Source: Takakia lepidozioides (Eukaryota > Plantae > Bryophyta). From it: DNA of 64,000 nt. The notes under the pieces were generated by a model. It saw only the letters and a list, made by a program, of their open reading frames with translations, ran no database searches and had not been told where the DNA came from. Each line of letters opens with the position of its first letter. Positions within the stretch are counted from its first letter, which is position 1. The position numbers and the translations under genes were made by a program. The stretch lies in contig CM060734.1 of NCBI GenBank assembly GCA_030704615.1, positions 44,020,001 through 44,084,000 on the forward strand. The letters are read 5' to 3'. Shown one piece after another: positions 24,618 through 39,059 of the stretch.

Positions 24618-27124
24618 GTTTCTGAACAATGACCCTACCTCCTTTTTAGTGTTCCAATTATAGTGGGGCTGCATTTTTATTTTATTTTTGCACTATGCCA
24701 CTTTTGGTTTTGGGAAGAACCTGGATGTGTGTTTCAATGGAAATTGGACGGTCATAATGTTTTCAATCATGTTAGAGAGGTAGTTCTAAATTTTTCATTG
24801 AATCCATCCACAGCACCCATTAAGTTAGATGTGCACGTGTACCATGAATCTAGAGCAAGCTGAGAATTTATGGTCTAGGTAATTATCTAAAAATGCGGTA
24901 CCTTTTTTCTTTTTTTTTTTTCTCGTGCATGGTATATACTATATAGCACTACAAAAACTTGGTATTGTTGAATCCCCACTCTTTTAGGGTTCAGGGTTTT
25001 AGTAGAATATAATCACTGAGGTCAGCCTCTCTCATCCTTCTTTTCTCAGTGTTGTGTTATTATTGCTACAACGCACTTTGTCCATTCAGTTGTTACATTT
25101 TTTTAATTTAATTTAATTTAATTTTTTTCCCTGGGTTGAAAATCTATTGAGATTATTGAAGGTTCTTAGTTCTGACATTATTTCTATTGTTTTCCCTTTG
25201 AGATAGTTGAAGAAAACTAATTACCTTCAGGAACGTAATAGATATTATCATATCTCCCAAACACCAAATGGCACCCAATTTGCCAATACAATCCAGACTG
25301 GACACTTTCTTCTTTTTCTCTTGTTCGTGGACAGGACCCAGTTCAAAAAGTGCAAACCCGCCAGCAACATCATCCTCAAAGTGGCCCAATCAAATTCTAG
25401 CGTTCACACACTCTTGGCCCTGTGGTCTTGCATATATTATGTGGTTGCCAACAGTCACTGCCAATCTACCTCCCTTCTTATCGAACTATGCACCTATGAC
25501 AGCCCATTCTTACCCAGGGTTTCTGTAATCAACCTAGAAAGTAGGTGGAAATACTTAGCGTCTCTTGCCTAAATGCCCATATGTATCGAGCACGCTTGGA
25601 GTGACGCGCAAATGGCATCAAAAGTCCATGATCGACTGCGCTCGCTGTTGTCTAGGTCGTCTGAGAGTAATGTGGCTACCACTATATGAGCCTTGTCCCT
25701 GGCCCACCGGAGTAGAAGGACTGGACTGGAGCAGGGCCATATAATTCTTGTTCCAATGTGTCCAGTGATACATTCCAGCACTCCAGCCACAACGCTCTCT
25801 CATTTCTATTATATCAATCAACAACATGTGCACATTGACAGCAATGCTTCTGAGGACAACGACTCCCTGCCCCAGTCTACCAAAAGCATGTGTCACCCAT
25901 ATCTCTTTCTAGCTATATTATCCAGATCCACCAGCAGACAGCGAACAACTTTTCAACAACTTTTGTTGGACAAAGTGAATGAGATCATTCAAAAAGGCCT
26001 TAACCCCTAAACGACGAGGCGACCCGTTTCTCCTCATTTTTTCATCCAGTTGTAGCAGCAGCCGACGATGTACATGCCAAACCAACCTTTGTGAAAGGTC
26101 GGTCATTTGCATAATCACCCCCCCATCCAAGTAGACCATTTATGAGGACACATGGCTGCCTTAAAATGGTCATGGGTTCAAAGCCACATAAGTGTATGTT
26201 GGATGTTATCCGGTATGTCCAACCCAGATATGAAAGGGGCTACCTAGGTCAACTAGTTATTTCATGTGTGGGTACTTGTGTGGACTCTTAGGGAGGGTTG
26301 GATAACTCTGTTCCTGGCAATTACAAGCTGTCTACTTTCTAGATGGAAGGCAGTAAGGAAATAACACCATAACTTACAGTTTCTTCACTAGGAGTCTTTC
26401 GTTCTTCTTGGATCAAGAAACTTTATCTTTATCTTTATCTTTCTTCTTGGATCAAAGAAACAAACTTCACTTTACTTTGTTCTCGGATGAAGGGAAGAGA
26501 GTTAGTTAGGCTAACAAGGGGAGGAGCGCACACACTGCACGTTAATAGCAGGCTGTACGTAACCAGGTGCACTGCACCTGGTCGCTTCCTGCCCCCGCCC
26601 TGCGAACTGCACTTCTGCAGCGCCTCGCCTTCTGGTTTGTTAGACTACGCGTGGCAAACTCGCAGATTGTTGCATCTCTGTGTGTTTTAGTATTCAGTGC
26701 AAAGGTTTTGCGAGGTTTATCTGGGATTTCTGGTGCACAACTAGAGTCGCCTTCAAGTTGGGCGGGTTGTTGGGTTAAGCTTGGTGTTTTCTGTTCCGTG
26801 TCATGTAAGATCTGACTGAATTTCCGATCAGGCTGCTGTATCTGTGAACTCTGAGTGTTTGATGATCATGTTTTGACCTGTGCATTGCTCTTGATTGTGT
26901 AGCTCTCGTTCGTCCGCCAGAGACTCTGATTTCGAGTGGCTTGTGTCAGAGCGATCGGGTTTTCGTCACCAGAAGCACTTCTTCCTGTTGAGGCAAACCG
27001 TGGATCCTTACTCAGACAGCCCACGTTTATGGAGGTCTTGGAAATGTGCACAGCAATGTAGTTGGGGCAGGCAAGGGGATTGGCGACCCACTGTGATCGA
27101 AAGCAGGATTTAATCGGATTAGAG

Positions 27125-27649
27125 ATGGAAAGCGTTGCTGTTTTGAAGATGAAGATGGCGGCGATGACCTGGTCATCGCAAGCCAAGGACTCTACAATCG
27201 TGTCCTTAAATCAACAACTGCAAACTGCCCTCGTCACAATGAAGCGTGTTCAATCCAAACTTTCTTCCGTAACCTCCCGCAATGTAGAGCTGGAGAAGGA
27301 GCTGCAAGCAACCCTTGTGCGAGAGAAGGATCTACTGAGAGATATCGAGAGTTCAAAGCTCCGGCACAGAATGTTCCTGGAAGATGTTAAAACCCTACAT
27401 CAAAGAGAGATGAACGACCAGAAGTGCCAGCACGAGAAGGAGATTCAAAGATTGAAATTGCTTCAACAAACTCTAGAGGATGCGGAGGAGAGACTGTGTG
27501 TCCAACTGGGTGACCTTGAAGTGGAGTCTATGGAACAGGAGCGCTCTTTTAGAGCTAATCTGGCGACTCTCTCCTCCCGCTTGGCAGAAAGAGAACAGGA
27601 GCTTGCCTCTGTTCTGTCTCAAGTGCAAGCCTTCGATCAGAGGACTTAG
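27125..27649 (+). CDS. Hypothetical coiled-coil protein (~174 aa from the first ATG)
   Basis: Open frame 27062-27649 rich in E/K/L/Q with heptad character; no recognised domain; upstream exons possible. Confidence 0.5.
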   Translation: MESVAVLKMKMAAMTWSSQAKDSTIVSLNQQLQTALVTMKRVQSKLSSVTSRNVELEKELQATLVREKDLLRDIESSKLRHRMFLEDVKTLHQREMNDQKCQHEKEIQRLKLLQQTLEDAEERLCVQLGDLEVESMEQERSFRANLATLSSRLAEREQELASVLSQVQAFDQRT

Positions 27650-30600
27650 GCAGAAGCTTCATCTGTCTGGAATCACCACAATCGCTGCTATCAAAGGTTG
27701 TTACGCTTCAGTCTCTTTGTCTTCACTCCCAAGGGTACTACACAGAAACACAGCAACCAAGGACTGAGGTCTAAGGAAAATTTAGCATCCTTACTACATG
27801 AGCATCTCGTGGATGGTATGATGTAGCAAAGCTTCAAACTTTGATGCAATTGTGTAATGTATAATGTCCGGTAAGGAGCATTTGTGCTCTCTGATTCAAA
27901 TTGAATGATCCACATTTCTGTAGACATACCCATAGTAAGCAATTGGATAGAACTACCGAGGTTCCACACTATCATGTACTCTTATTCGTCGGAACTTGGC
28001 TTGTTCTTTGGCAGGTGATAAGTGAAAGCGCTCATCCATATTCACAATCTCGTTTGGATTTGTGGGCCCAATCCCTAAGGTCAACTGAATCAGGCTATGA
28101 ACAAGGAAGAACAAGTTTGTGTGGGAGACATGTTTTGTTTGAGTGTTCCTCATAAACAAATTGTAAGTGACTTGTGTTGATTTGTGCAGCAAACACCCCT
28201 CTGTCATTCACTGTTTAACCCTGGTTTGACAGGCTGATCCAACCTCACAAAATGATACTGTGTAAGTACATAAAGGTGTGGCACAGTACAACAGAAAGGG
28301 TCACTGAACATGCCAAAAATACTGAGGCTATAGAGTTGTAATAGATTTTCTTCTGTGGTTTCTGGAAAACACCAAAAAACAATATTCCCAAGAGAAACTG
28401 TTGGGTCCCTCTCCAGATCACAGTCACACATCCATGGATAACAACTCTTTGCATGACTTTGTATACACACTGGACAGCACTGCAGCCTTCCAATGGCCAA
28501 GGTTAGTCATCCAACCTAGATAACTGCCACTCTCAAAGGGACAAGTAAAACACAATCATGGATTTATCATGGCCTCACCCTACAGAAGCCTACTCTGAGG
28601 GCTGCACAGACAATTGCAGATGCATCTCTTTCCACAATTATAATAGACAATTTCCAATGCCAGTCTCTACCACAGGTGAGCCCAACTAAATACAACTCTT
28701 TGCAACTGATGTCTTATTGACAACCAAGGGCTCTATTGTGAAGGATTTTCAGAAATAAATTCCATAAACACAATTGGCGAAAGAAATCACCAGATTCAAT
28801 CATGTAGAGTTAACACCAGCAGCAGGTATTACATTTGGAAAAGGTTGTCTGAACTGAGCTGGCAACATACCCATGGTAAATGCTCCTTCTCAATGGCTTT
28901 TCCGCCAACCGATCTCCTTTAGGACTCAGTTGCCCATAGCACGCCAGAGAAAGAGAGTATCCGCTTCACCCTGCTCAAGAACTACCTCCATCAACCAAAG
29001 ATAATCAGCCTTGCAATAGAATTATGCTTAGGGGGTGACCCAAAGCAGGTTGCCAAGGTCCTGGGGAAGAGGCACTGAAGATAGTGCCCAGTGCATTTTC
29101 TCTCCCATACCACAAGTCTCTCTGGGAGTTCTGATGCTTTCGATTCGCAAAAATAAATGCCCTGAGAGACCTTGCTTTTCCCCTCGGCCAGGTCCCTCTG
29201 AATAGTGTCACCAAACTACTGATCGCTGGGACCGGATCCACAATAGAGGAGAAGAGAGCTGGTGAGCACAATGAGTTCCATGTTTAAGGAAAATTTCTTC
29301 AAACCTGCCTTAATCAGGGCAACATATCAGGACTTCATCTCTGAGGTGCAAGTGTTTCCAAACTTGCCCTGGCCTCCAGAGGGCACCATGATCATTGACC
29401 CCACACTCTGGACCTTTGACAGATTACCATCAAAGCCTGGTAAGGTCACACCCACCTGCAACAGTCCCGTGCACTTTTCAGAGCAGAAAGATATGAGCAC
29501 TGTGCCAGAAGTTCTAGGTACCTATTGCATGATACATATCGTTCCGACCACAGCCATACAACACCACAAGATGAGGGCAGTGTCCTGAGCAGAGAAACCC
29601 CTGAGATACTTCAGTAAGAGTGTGATAAACCAGTTTAATTACCCAAGAGTAATCTGCAAAAACCCAGCAATGTCAACACCCTTGGCTAGTGATCAGAACA
29701 TAAACCTGGGGTCTAAGCAGCCAAGTTGAGTTAGCAGATTTTTACAGCAGATCTGGAGCGCTGCTGAACCAACTTCAGATTGGAAGTCCAACTATTGCAG
29801 CAATCTCCACTCTCTGAACCTCTCTCAATCCATTTTCTGCCCCTCCAAAACTGGCTACTAGGTCTATGGCTAATGGTTCTGTTCACAATTTGCTTTCCAA
29901 GGAGGAAAATTCTCAACAACAATGCAAGATGACGAACCAACCAAAATGTACATGTCCCCTACCGAGGCAAGATGCCGTGCTTGCAAATCCATGTATTGGC
30001 TTTCCTGCCATGTCAGTTCTTCTGAAAGCTGGGCAACACTCTCTTGCTGTGACTTCGCCTGCTTATCACAGGAGATTCAAGTCTCAGACCAAGAACTAGA
30101 CCAAGAACTAAACTTCACCGAAGGATTAGAACAAGGTTTTGAGAAACTGGTGGGTTTTGAGACTGTAAGACACTAGTAACGTTGTGAGGTTTCTGGTGCC
30201 ACCTTATATATGGCTATTAAGAGTGCCTCATACAGGGCATACTCCCATGCGATTTCCCAAAGCTGATGATGGCCACACATGATTCCTTCCAAAGCTTAAA
30301 ACTTGAATTTGTATTCTGCTCCTTTCATACTTGGAACAGTGACTGTAGTCACAAAAGCTTACCCACATCAAGAACTGCATTTATGGGGTAGTGTCTTAGC
30401 CACGTGGAGACACTGAGTTCAACGCAGGCAACCCACACTAACAGTGCTTTGATCTCAAAACTGGGCCCTTGCTGATCCATTGCAATGCTGTTCTTTCCCG
30501 ATCCCTCTTATGACACCATCCAACAGGCTAAACTTCGAAGCTCTCATTACCATCCAGCAACCTGAATGTCTGAAATGGCCCCTAACCCTGAGCCCTCGCC

Positions 30601-30966
30601 ACATTATCTGCCTTACAGCTTTCCATGCTTACAGCTTTAACACTAGTTCCCTCCGTGTCTTTTGGTTTACAGCTGTGGCTAAGCTAAGTTTCTTATGCTA
30701 CTAACCCTTACAAAATATTCAATGTGCTTGCCGGGTGCTGACATCCCGAACGGAGCCCATTGCGGCCAAAACAGGCCGGAAAAAGCGTCTAACTGATAAC
30801 AACAAGACTCTTCTCCTCCCCATCTGTTTAGATTGCAATGTAGGTTGTCAACGAACTCTTCCAAAATACAAAAGACTATCTTGGGTGCTCACCTTTCCTT
30901 CCTCCAGAAGGTGTCCACCTTCCAAATGGAAAGCAGTAGCCCTTCGGAGTGAAGTGACACCATACG

Positions 30967-33900
30967 TTACGCTTGCTTCAGCAAGAGTCTTCCTTCTTCC
31001 TTCTTGTTCATCCCAAAAAGAATCGTAACAAGCAGGTGAAGAGACAACCCTTTAATCTGTAAAGTTGGCTTTGGCTGTCTCTCCTGAAGAAAATTAAAAG
31101 AGAGAGCACTTAGGGAGCATACACGAATAGGAACACATACCCCCATTTGCATCCACTGTAATAGCTGTCTCAATGCTCGCTCTCGGTTGTCAGCTAACCT
31201 TTCTTTCTCTGCATACCTTTCCTCTGCATGTTTTAAGGCCCATGCATGCTTCTTCTCTGCCTCCTTCAAGGCCAAGGACAGCTTACCGCACTCTGAACAG
31301 CATCCTGCAGTACAGTAACATGAGGTGAGCTCTCAAGTAAACAGTCCACAAGGGGCCTCCAACAACAGTTGCAAATGTAGCACCAGAGGATGGGACAGAA
31401 TTTGGAACAGCTGAAGGACAGAGGTGCCAAGTTCCATCTCTATTGCATACCACGCTGATCTGCGGTCTGGAGATGCTGAGCAATGAAAGTTGGGGGAGGG
31501 GCAGAGAAGAAGCCTCACACCTCAATGATTCTGAAACAGTTAAAGACTGGATCTCGATTTCCCAAACAATGCAACTGAGGTTGTATTGGGCAGAGACCCG
31601 GAGGGGGACTGTCATCAGCCACCCTCTGAATAGGTGCGGCCACTTGCGTAATTGGAACCCAACTACATCTTCATCTGACCTTAGGATAAAGTTCAAATCT
31701 GCTACAACAAATTGTACCATCACCAGAGAAGACCATAGGAGCATCAGGGCTAACTTCCATTTGACAGACAGTCACATTTACCTGAAAACTTAACCGCGCA
31801 CTCCTCTGATTGTGCCTCTTTTCCATCCATAGGCATGCATGGTTTACCTTTGTTGCTGCTTAGATGCTGCTCACCATCTTCTGACAATAACATCTTCAGC
31901 GACTTAGACCTGTCCATTCGTTTAGCCTCTTTGATGCTGAGATTATTGTCCTCAGCCAGTATTCTGATGCCATTTGTAGGATGAATTGCAGACGACTGAG
32001 TGAGCGAAGAGTCCACTGGCACCCACCCAACCGCAGGCCCCCCCGAGTCTACATTCTTGCCTTCCAGCAAGCTCAACGCGTACTCCAGCAAATTGTCTTC
32101 GTTTTGATCTGCTAGATCTAGCCCCTCGCCATCCCCCTCCTCTGGCTCTTCTCTACAGGTTTCTAGTTTTCTGGTTGGCTGAGGCTCCCTGCTCTGAGGG
32201 TCCTCCCGACCCATATTGAGTGCGGCCTGTGCTTTTGCGTCTCTCTCTGGCAATCCAAAAACCTTCAAGCTACCTTCCTCTCTATGGGCTAATCCAACAC
32301 GAAGAAGGACTGGCAACTCAAGAAGATCTTCCTCCCTATCCTCACCAATTTGGTTACCCTTTACTCTGTCCTCCCAAAAGGAATCCCTGGCAGGCCTCAA
32401 GGTTTGCAAGTTGATGTCCCCAAGTTCCAAGCAGTCACCACTGGGACCCAAACCAGCTTCTCCGCTACCATTGCAATTGGGATTGAGAAGGCCTGGGGAC
32501 TGGGAGCTTTCAGCAGAATGCAATGGCTCCATCTGGTGTAGCTCGGGCATAGACTGCTGAACATTGGGACTCGCTGAAGCTTGAAGCCCAATCCTGTTTG
32601 GGAGCTCGAGAGTAGGAAGGGAGCTCACCACTGCTGGAAGAACGGTCAGTGGTATCTGCTTCTCTGCCTCTGGGTATGGAGTAGAGGTCCCTGTGCCCCC
32701 ACCAGCTGGTAAAGGGGTGGATGTCCCTGTTCCCCCTCCTGCAAACGGAGTGGAAGCTCCAGTTCCACCTGCAGGTGAAATGAGACGGGCAAGGGGGCTG
32801 CCTGGATACAACTGATATGCTGTCTGGAGATCATCCTGCTGCACATCATAATAAGGAGCATCTGACTGCCGGACTGATGAGCGTTTTTCAGAGAGTGAGG
32901 AAGCAAGTAGCTTGGCAAAAGGTACATCTGGTGATGACGGGGTAGTCAAGTGAGCTGCAAGCTCTGGAGGGGGGGTGAAAGGTGCTGTTGACGGAGCAGT
33001 TGTGAAGGTAGAAAACACAGGAGGGGAGACTAATGCTGTCTCATGGGCATATGGTCCAGTAACAAACATGTTAGAAGTTGTCTCTAATGGGATGCTTGAC
33101 GATCCTCGAACATTAGAAGATGGGGGTACATACCCTGCAGGGGATTGGGCTGAAGATGGATACATGGAGTTTTGGTGTGAGGCAGGAGAGGAGGGCGGAG
33201 CTAACAAGGAAGGAGAGAGAGAAGCAAAAAGGTTTGGTGCACCAGATGGTGGTGCCCCATTTGCGCCCCATGCATGCGAAGATTGTGTTGTTCCATCATG
33301 AAGCCGAGTGGCCGGAACAATTCGTTTTCTTCGATTGCGAGACAATGAACCTAGGCACCAGAAGCCTCTCCCACAGCAACCACTCCTCTCCATCTGGACC
33401 CCATCTTGCAATGTCAGAGACTGGTATACATAATTGACTGACTCAGATCAAGAACATGTGTGGAAAGACTCAAGGACCCCAAGTCCACATTTGCAATTTG
33501 AGGACACAAAGCACAGAATGGAACATCACCACACAGACCCTGACAGGGGGAAAAGCCGAAAACACTGCAATAGAATTGTCTTCACCACATCCAAGATTTC
33601 AGTTAGCAGCTTTGAATACCCAGTTTCCAGCTACGATTGTCACATATAGACATACAGATAGACCACAGACCTGTTGTGACATTAGTTTCCATTTGCTGGA
33701 TTAAGGGACTATTAAAGTAGCAGTCACTAATCAAAAGCTCCCCCAACAACTTTCTGTGTGCCTTGGCTTTTCCAAAATCCACCCATTAAAACAGCTATCG
33801 GACTGAAATCACATTTGCTGCCACTCAGAAGATTTACAATCAGTGTTGCGTTGCATTGGAAGAATTTTGCAGGTAATCTACCTGAGGCCAAGCACCCATT

Positions 33901-34580
33901 CAAACCAACTAATTAAACATGACAACTGGCAGCAATGACTTTAAATCTAGTGCACAGGCATCCCTGTCAATATCCATGGCGAAGCCTGACCAAACGACAT
34001 CGACAAGCTAACCCTATGTAGTTTGGAATCAGGCTCCAAAGCCCACGTAAGATGCTGCCACTCACTCCCTTGCAATTTGACATAAACTGGAAATGCAAAG
34101 ATCAGATCGTACAGAACGCAGACAGACACAATGGACGGTCCGATTCCAGAGAATTCCCATGCCATGTGCAGACAGGGAAGGTAACACGGGGACTGCGAAA
34201 GAACGCAGGAAAGAGAGGGAGATGACGAGCCGCTGAACAAAGGAGAATGATACGTGTACGTGAGAAAAGAGCAGAAAGAAGGTGGAGACAAACATAAGAC
34301 ATGGAACTCAAAAGCGCGAGAAAGTACTCCAAGCCAGTGCATGCCGACTCCCGTGATAAAAAAGAAATGACAGAGACCACTCCAAGGTTGCATGAGAAAT
34401 ACCAGCAACAGCAGAGTCCTTCCGGATCCTAACCCTCCCATGTTTTCAATACCCAGGGCAGAAGAAGACAGACACGGAGAGAGAAAAGAGAGAAAGAGAA
34501 TGAGCAAAAGTCGAGCAAATGTCCACCTGAGGGTGCTGTGGGGAGGCGCGCCGGCTGAAAGGTTTGCGAGTTCTTGACAT
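30967..34580 (-). CDS. Pro/Ser-rich uncharacterised protein, At1g76660-like family; exons ~34580-34527, 33420-31782, 31304-31141, 3' end uncertain
   Basis: Family motifs KRIVPA, LLAPPSSPAS, GPYAHETALVSPPVFSTFTTAPSTAPFTPPPE, LTTPSSPDVPFA and YQLYPGSP; phase-compatible GT-AG junctions at 34527/33420 and 31782/31304; C-terminal coiled coil. Confidence 0.85.
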
Positions 34581-34636
34581 CACCACTACAGAGCGATCAT
34601 GGCCACCATTACCAACCCTCACGATCTCCTTGAAAA

Positions 34637-34970
<334 letters not shown>

Positions 34971-37133
34971 TTAATAACCTAATCGCATCGTTGTTGATTC
35001 AATCCCTCTTTTGAAAAACTTGGTAAATTTTCAGCTTTCTTTGTCCATCAAGACACGCCAATGAGTACATATGTGTTCTACTAGTCGACGACTCCTCTAT
35101 TGCATCCCTCTCTCCATCTCTGTTTCTACGCGTCCTCCAAGCACAGTTAGATTGTGCTCTCTACCTCTCACGTACCTCTATCCGTCCCCCTCACTCTCAT
35201 GCCAGTTGCTGGGTTTTCTACCTCCAAGCCCCCTCCCAAGTCTCTCCCTCTAAGGATGTACTGGTACGTAAATTTGTCAAGACTCGTGGATCTAGCCCTC
35301 GCTGTCTCCGTGCCTGTTGCTCTTCACAGTTGCGGGAATAAGAATGTGCGAGCAGAGTGCAGGGCAGCTAGTAGGTAGGCGCATCAGATTGTCTGCATCA
35401 CACTCAACAGAAAGCGAGTCTTGTCGATTGCTTGCGGAAGCAGGTAGCCTGCACACAGAACGGTCATGGGCCCACGTCAGCGAGGAAGACGACCCCATCC
35501 CCCTGAGAAGCATCTAATCATCGTATCCCTGGATGGACGACATTCGCATGTCACATCACACACAAAATGCGGCGATATTGGATTGATTATAGTCGCCTCA
35601 CACCACCAAATAAAACGGCGGCTACCTGGCAAACACGCCAGAGGCTAACCAGCGGCTAACCAGAGAGTTAACTATTGAATAGTGATTTACTTTACACTAT
35701 ATTTTGAATCTCGCTTGGCACGGCCCAGAAACCAAAATTAGGGTTTAATTTAGGGTTTGATGTTTGATGCACGCGCAGCCCTCTGGCAACATTGAATCTC
35801 GCTCCACGGGATGCTTGCCAATCTCCCAGCTTGCCGTTGCATCGTCGCGGATTACTTATATCAACGCCACCGATGCTTGCGTAGAACAGATCACAGAGCG
35901 AGGGTCTTTGATTTTGTTTCTGGAGGTCTTTTTTTCCGCTTGACTTTTCTCTTATGCTAACTGAACTTGCAGGAATTGGGTGGGATTGTGACTATAGGTG
36001 GGAGTTTGCTGGGGAAGCTGGAACGGGACAGGAGAGCTCTTTGAGTTAGATTGGAATTTGAAGAACTGCCGGCTGTCCAACATTTTTCTGATTGAGTAGC
36101 CAGGTTACAAGATTTTTTTTAACAGTAGCGGGGCGACACGACATTGATTACTACTTTTTGGAGTGCGGCCGGTGGGCCAGTGGTGACATAGTGTGAATGA
36201 TTGACCAGTGAGTCACATCTTTCGTAGAGTAAGATTAAATAAAGTCTTACCCTTGCTCACAGATTGGTTGGGGGGTTTATGGCCAGCACACTGCTCATCT
36301 ACTCCAATGGGATCGAGGAGAGGGTTTCTTATGAGGCGACAGACGCTGAAGGTCAGAGAGTGGGACAGCGGCCTCTTAATGTGAGCACCGTAGGTTACCT
36401 GTGAAAGCCGCTGGAATAGGAACATATAAAAAAAAGGCGTATGCAGGAGTGTGAGAGGGATCACACTGATTGCAAGAGAACTGAAGAATTGAACGGCCCC
36501 CTCAGACGTCTGGCATTCAAGAGGACTGGACAAAGGACTTCCGTGAGGACAATCTCTATTACCATTGGCCTTTTGTTGGCTCCGCTTGTGCAATGTGGGT
36601 AGGTAGATGCTCTCCTACAACTTGCTCAACATGAATAGCAAGGTGTATAAGAGAGGCAAGGGTTTGAGAGCCCGTTTTAGAGTGTATCGTCTAGGCTACT
36701 GATGAGTGGTGGAACGTCATGGATTACGATAGGTTTAGGGGAGGAGTGACGAAGACGATCAGAATGAGGGCGTCCACGAGGGCCCATGCGTGAGCAGAAT
36801 CTCAGCAACCATCAATGTCCCTTCACTGACACTTGACGATGAGCTTGCTGTTGCAGTCGGATGAAACAGCCACGAATGTGCAACGAATGATGCCCACATT
36901 CTCATCCTCGATTGGCCCCAAGTGCAGTGTTGAGAATAGCCATTTCATTTCCTCTCATACTTTCAATAGTATAAATAAGAAATAAAAATAAAGAATAAGT
37001 ATTGGGCCTGTCACTGATTCGCCTTTTTCCCTTGGAAAAGGTGGGGGGGGGGGGCATTCGCTTACTACTTTGATTGGTTACAGTTTCAAGTTTTGACAGC
37101 GAAATTTTGCATGAAATTTAAGAGTTCTATGTC

Positions 37134-37368
37134 TTTTTTTTCCTTTTTTAAAGAAAGGGAAACACCCGCAACCGCTCACAAATTAGGCCCCTTAATTATA
37201 GTGAGAGGAGAAAATAACCTCCTTCGTAGTAACCTCGCCATGAGGGAGCACAAGGCTCAAGGGATGACGTCGAAGGGGAGTACACCTCACAAGGTAGCAG
37301 GATTCGAACGCAGAATCAAATGGGTGGCACTCAGTGCTCTATCCAGCTGAGCTACCGACTGGTGGGTC
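37134..37368 (-). mobile_element. tRNA-derived SINE
   Basis: Minus strand has A-box TAGCTCAGCTGG (37354-37343), B-box GTTCGAATCC (37309-37300), ~150 bp unique body and an A-rich tail; similar A-rich flanks on both sides (imperfect TSD). Confidence 0.7.
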
Positions 37369-39059
37369 TATTTTTTTTCCCTTTTTTTTTTCAATAGAAA
37401 GGGGACAGAGGCCCTTTAAATCATATTGATAGAAGTCTTGAAAAAATTAACCAAGACCCGACGAGGAGATTTGTGGTTCCTATTTTTGTTGGAATACTTG
37501 GAAACAGTGTTTTCTTTTAAATTTGGCAGTGGCTACTGAGTTTTGCAACAAATAGCCATATTTTTTGTTCATCCACTGAAATTTGGATAGTCATCCTCCT
37601 ATGTGCTTTCATCCATGTATATCATCCTTATTTGGCAAATCCATCCATAATTGGAATTTAATTGGAAAAATTTGGCGATTTCATCCATAAGAAAACAGGG
37701 AATGTACAACAGAATATTCCTTTCTATTTTTTTTGACGCCGAAATATTGCAAAAATTCTCCAGAAATAAAAACACTCCGTGGACATGAGGTATTTGATTT
37801 CATTCCCCTGAATGGGATTTCTGTACCATGGAATGGGCCGGAAAATGCGGGGCTACCCACATTTTTGAGGCAGGCAGCATGAACCAGGCAGAATGTCATC
37901 CGCCCTGCCCATTCCATTATGTAATTGCATAATAGAGCCCATCCCTCAAAGGGGGCAGGTCCCACAAGCCGCAAGGGGAAGAGGCTCTTATTTACGCTGG
38001 CTTCGGTTGGTGTCAAATATGTATATATATATATAATTGCATAGGTAGTCGATTCTGCCGCTGAAGTGAAAAACCCATATATATGGCGCCCGTGAAAAAA
38101 GGTTGCAATTCTGTCGAGTAAAAGAGATCTAAAATGCAGCAGAATTGACTCGCTACTGACCATTATGTACATGAGTTTTTTCACAGCTCACAGAGCCTGG
38201 TGTCAGTTCATCCTGTAGAAGACATTGAAAATCCCCTTCACTATTACATCTAGTTACTATTGGTTCTTTTTCATTTTCTTATTGTTTGGTCTCTCTATTG
38301 TGTCTTTGTACAGTAGATCAGATGGTGGATGCTAGTTCATGGACTCAAATAAAGATGTCGGTCAGTTGTGGAAAGGAGAAAGGTTTTTTTTATTTACTCA
38401 CATTTGGCTTCGGCCAAAGGATTTTTATTTTTTTAATTAAATTGGGATGGAAGCCCAGTTGATCAAATTAATAAGGGACAAGGGAAAAAAAAAACCCTAA
38501 GAAGGCCATAAAGGCAAAAAAAGGGGATACCACCTCGCAATAGAAAGTCAACAACAAGCAGAACAAAATATTGAGAAAGTTACAAAAAAAACGAAGCACG
38601 TGGGGACACTGAATTGCATCAATCTAAAAAGCCTCGCATGGAGGGGCACTAAAAGGCTAAGAGATAGAGATGGATTGTAGCCTAATTAGAAGCGAGAGCC
38701 ACGTCCCAAGAGAGCCACGTCCGAAAAGAAACAAGAGGAGTCTACACTCCAAAATGAGCCTTGTTCCTGCATAGGCAAGCCTCGTGGTGCCTCCAGGTTA
38801 CCTCTCCTTCTTCATCAACGATTGGACTCCCACGCAACAGGGAGGTGTTTATGCCAAAGAATTCACTATTCTGATAATGCACAGCAAGGGTCGTTAGCGC
38901 TACACGAGGGCTCCAAGAAACGGTGACGCCGTAGTTGTGTTGGACTTAGCCATTTCAACTTCTTCTCTAATGCGCCGCTAGATAGCTAAGTTAGGCCGAC
39001 CACTATCAAGAACTGCAAAGTAGTAGGCTTCTTGATTATTTCTTAGACAGCCCGATATT

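Noticed and set aside
24980-25002. Telomere-like TTTAGGG motifs (also 35738-35760)
   Set aside because: Only 1-2 imperfect units; at most telo-boxes
25150-26140. Possible decayed coding fragment
   Set aside because: Many stops in all frames and no motif I can assign
31283-31744. 153-aa minus-strand ORF
   Set aside because: Falls in the predicted intron 31305-31781 of the At1g76660-like gene
33947-34507. 186-aa hydrophobic ORF
   Set aside because: Pyrimidine-rich first intron of the At1g76660-like gene
37290-37368. Functional tRNA gene
   Set aside because: No convincing acceptor and anticodon stems; continues into a SINE-like body and tail
37560-37690. TCATCCAT-rich patch as the missing 3' LTR (similar motifs at 57520-57920)
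   Set aside because: Only the short motif is shared; no colinear similarity is visible
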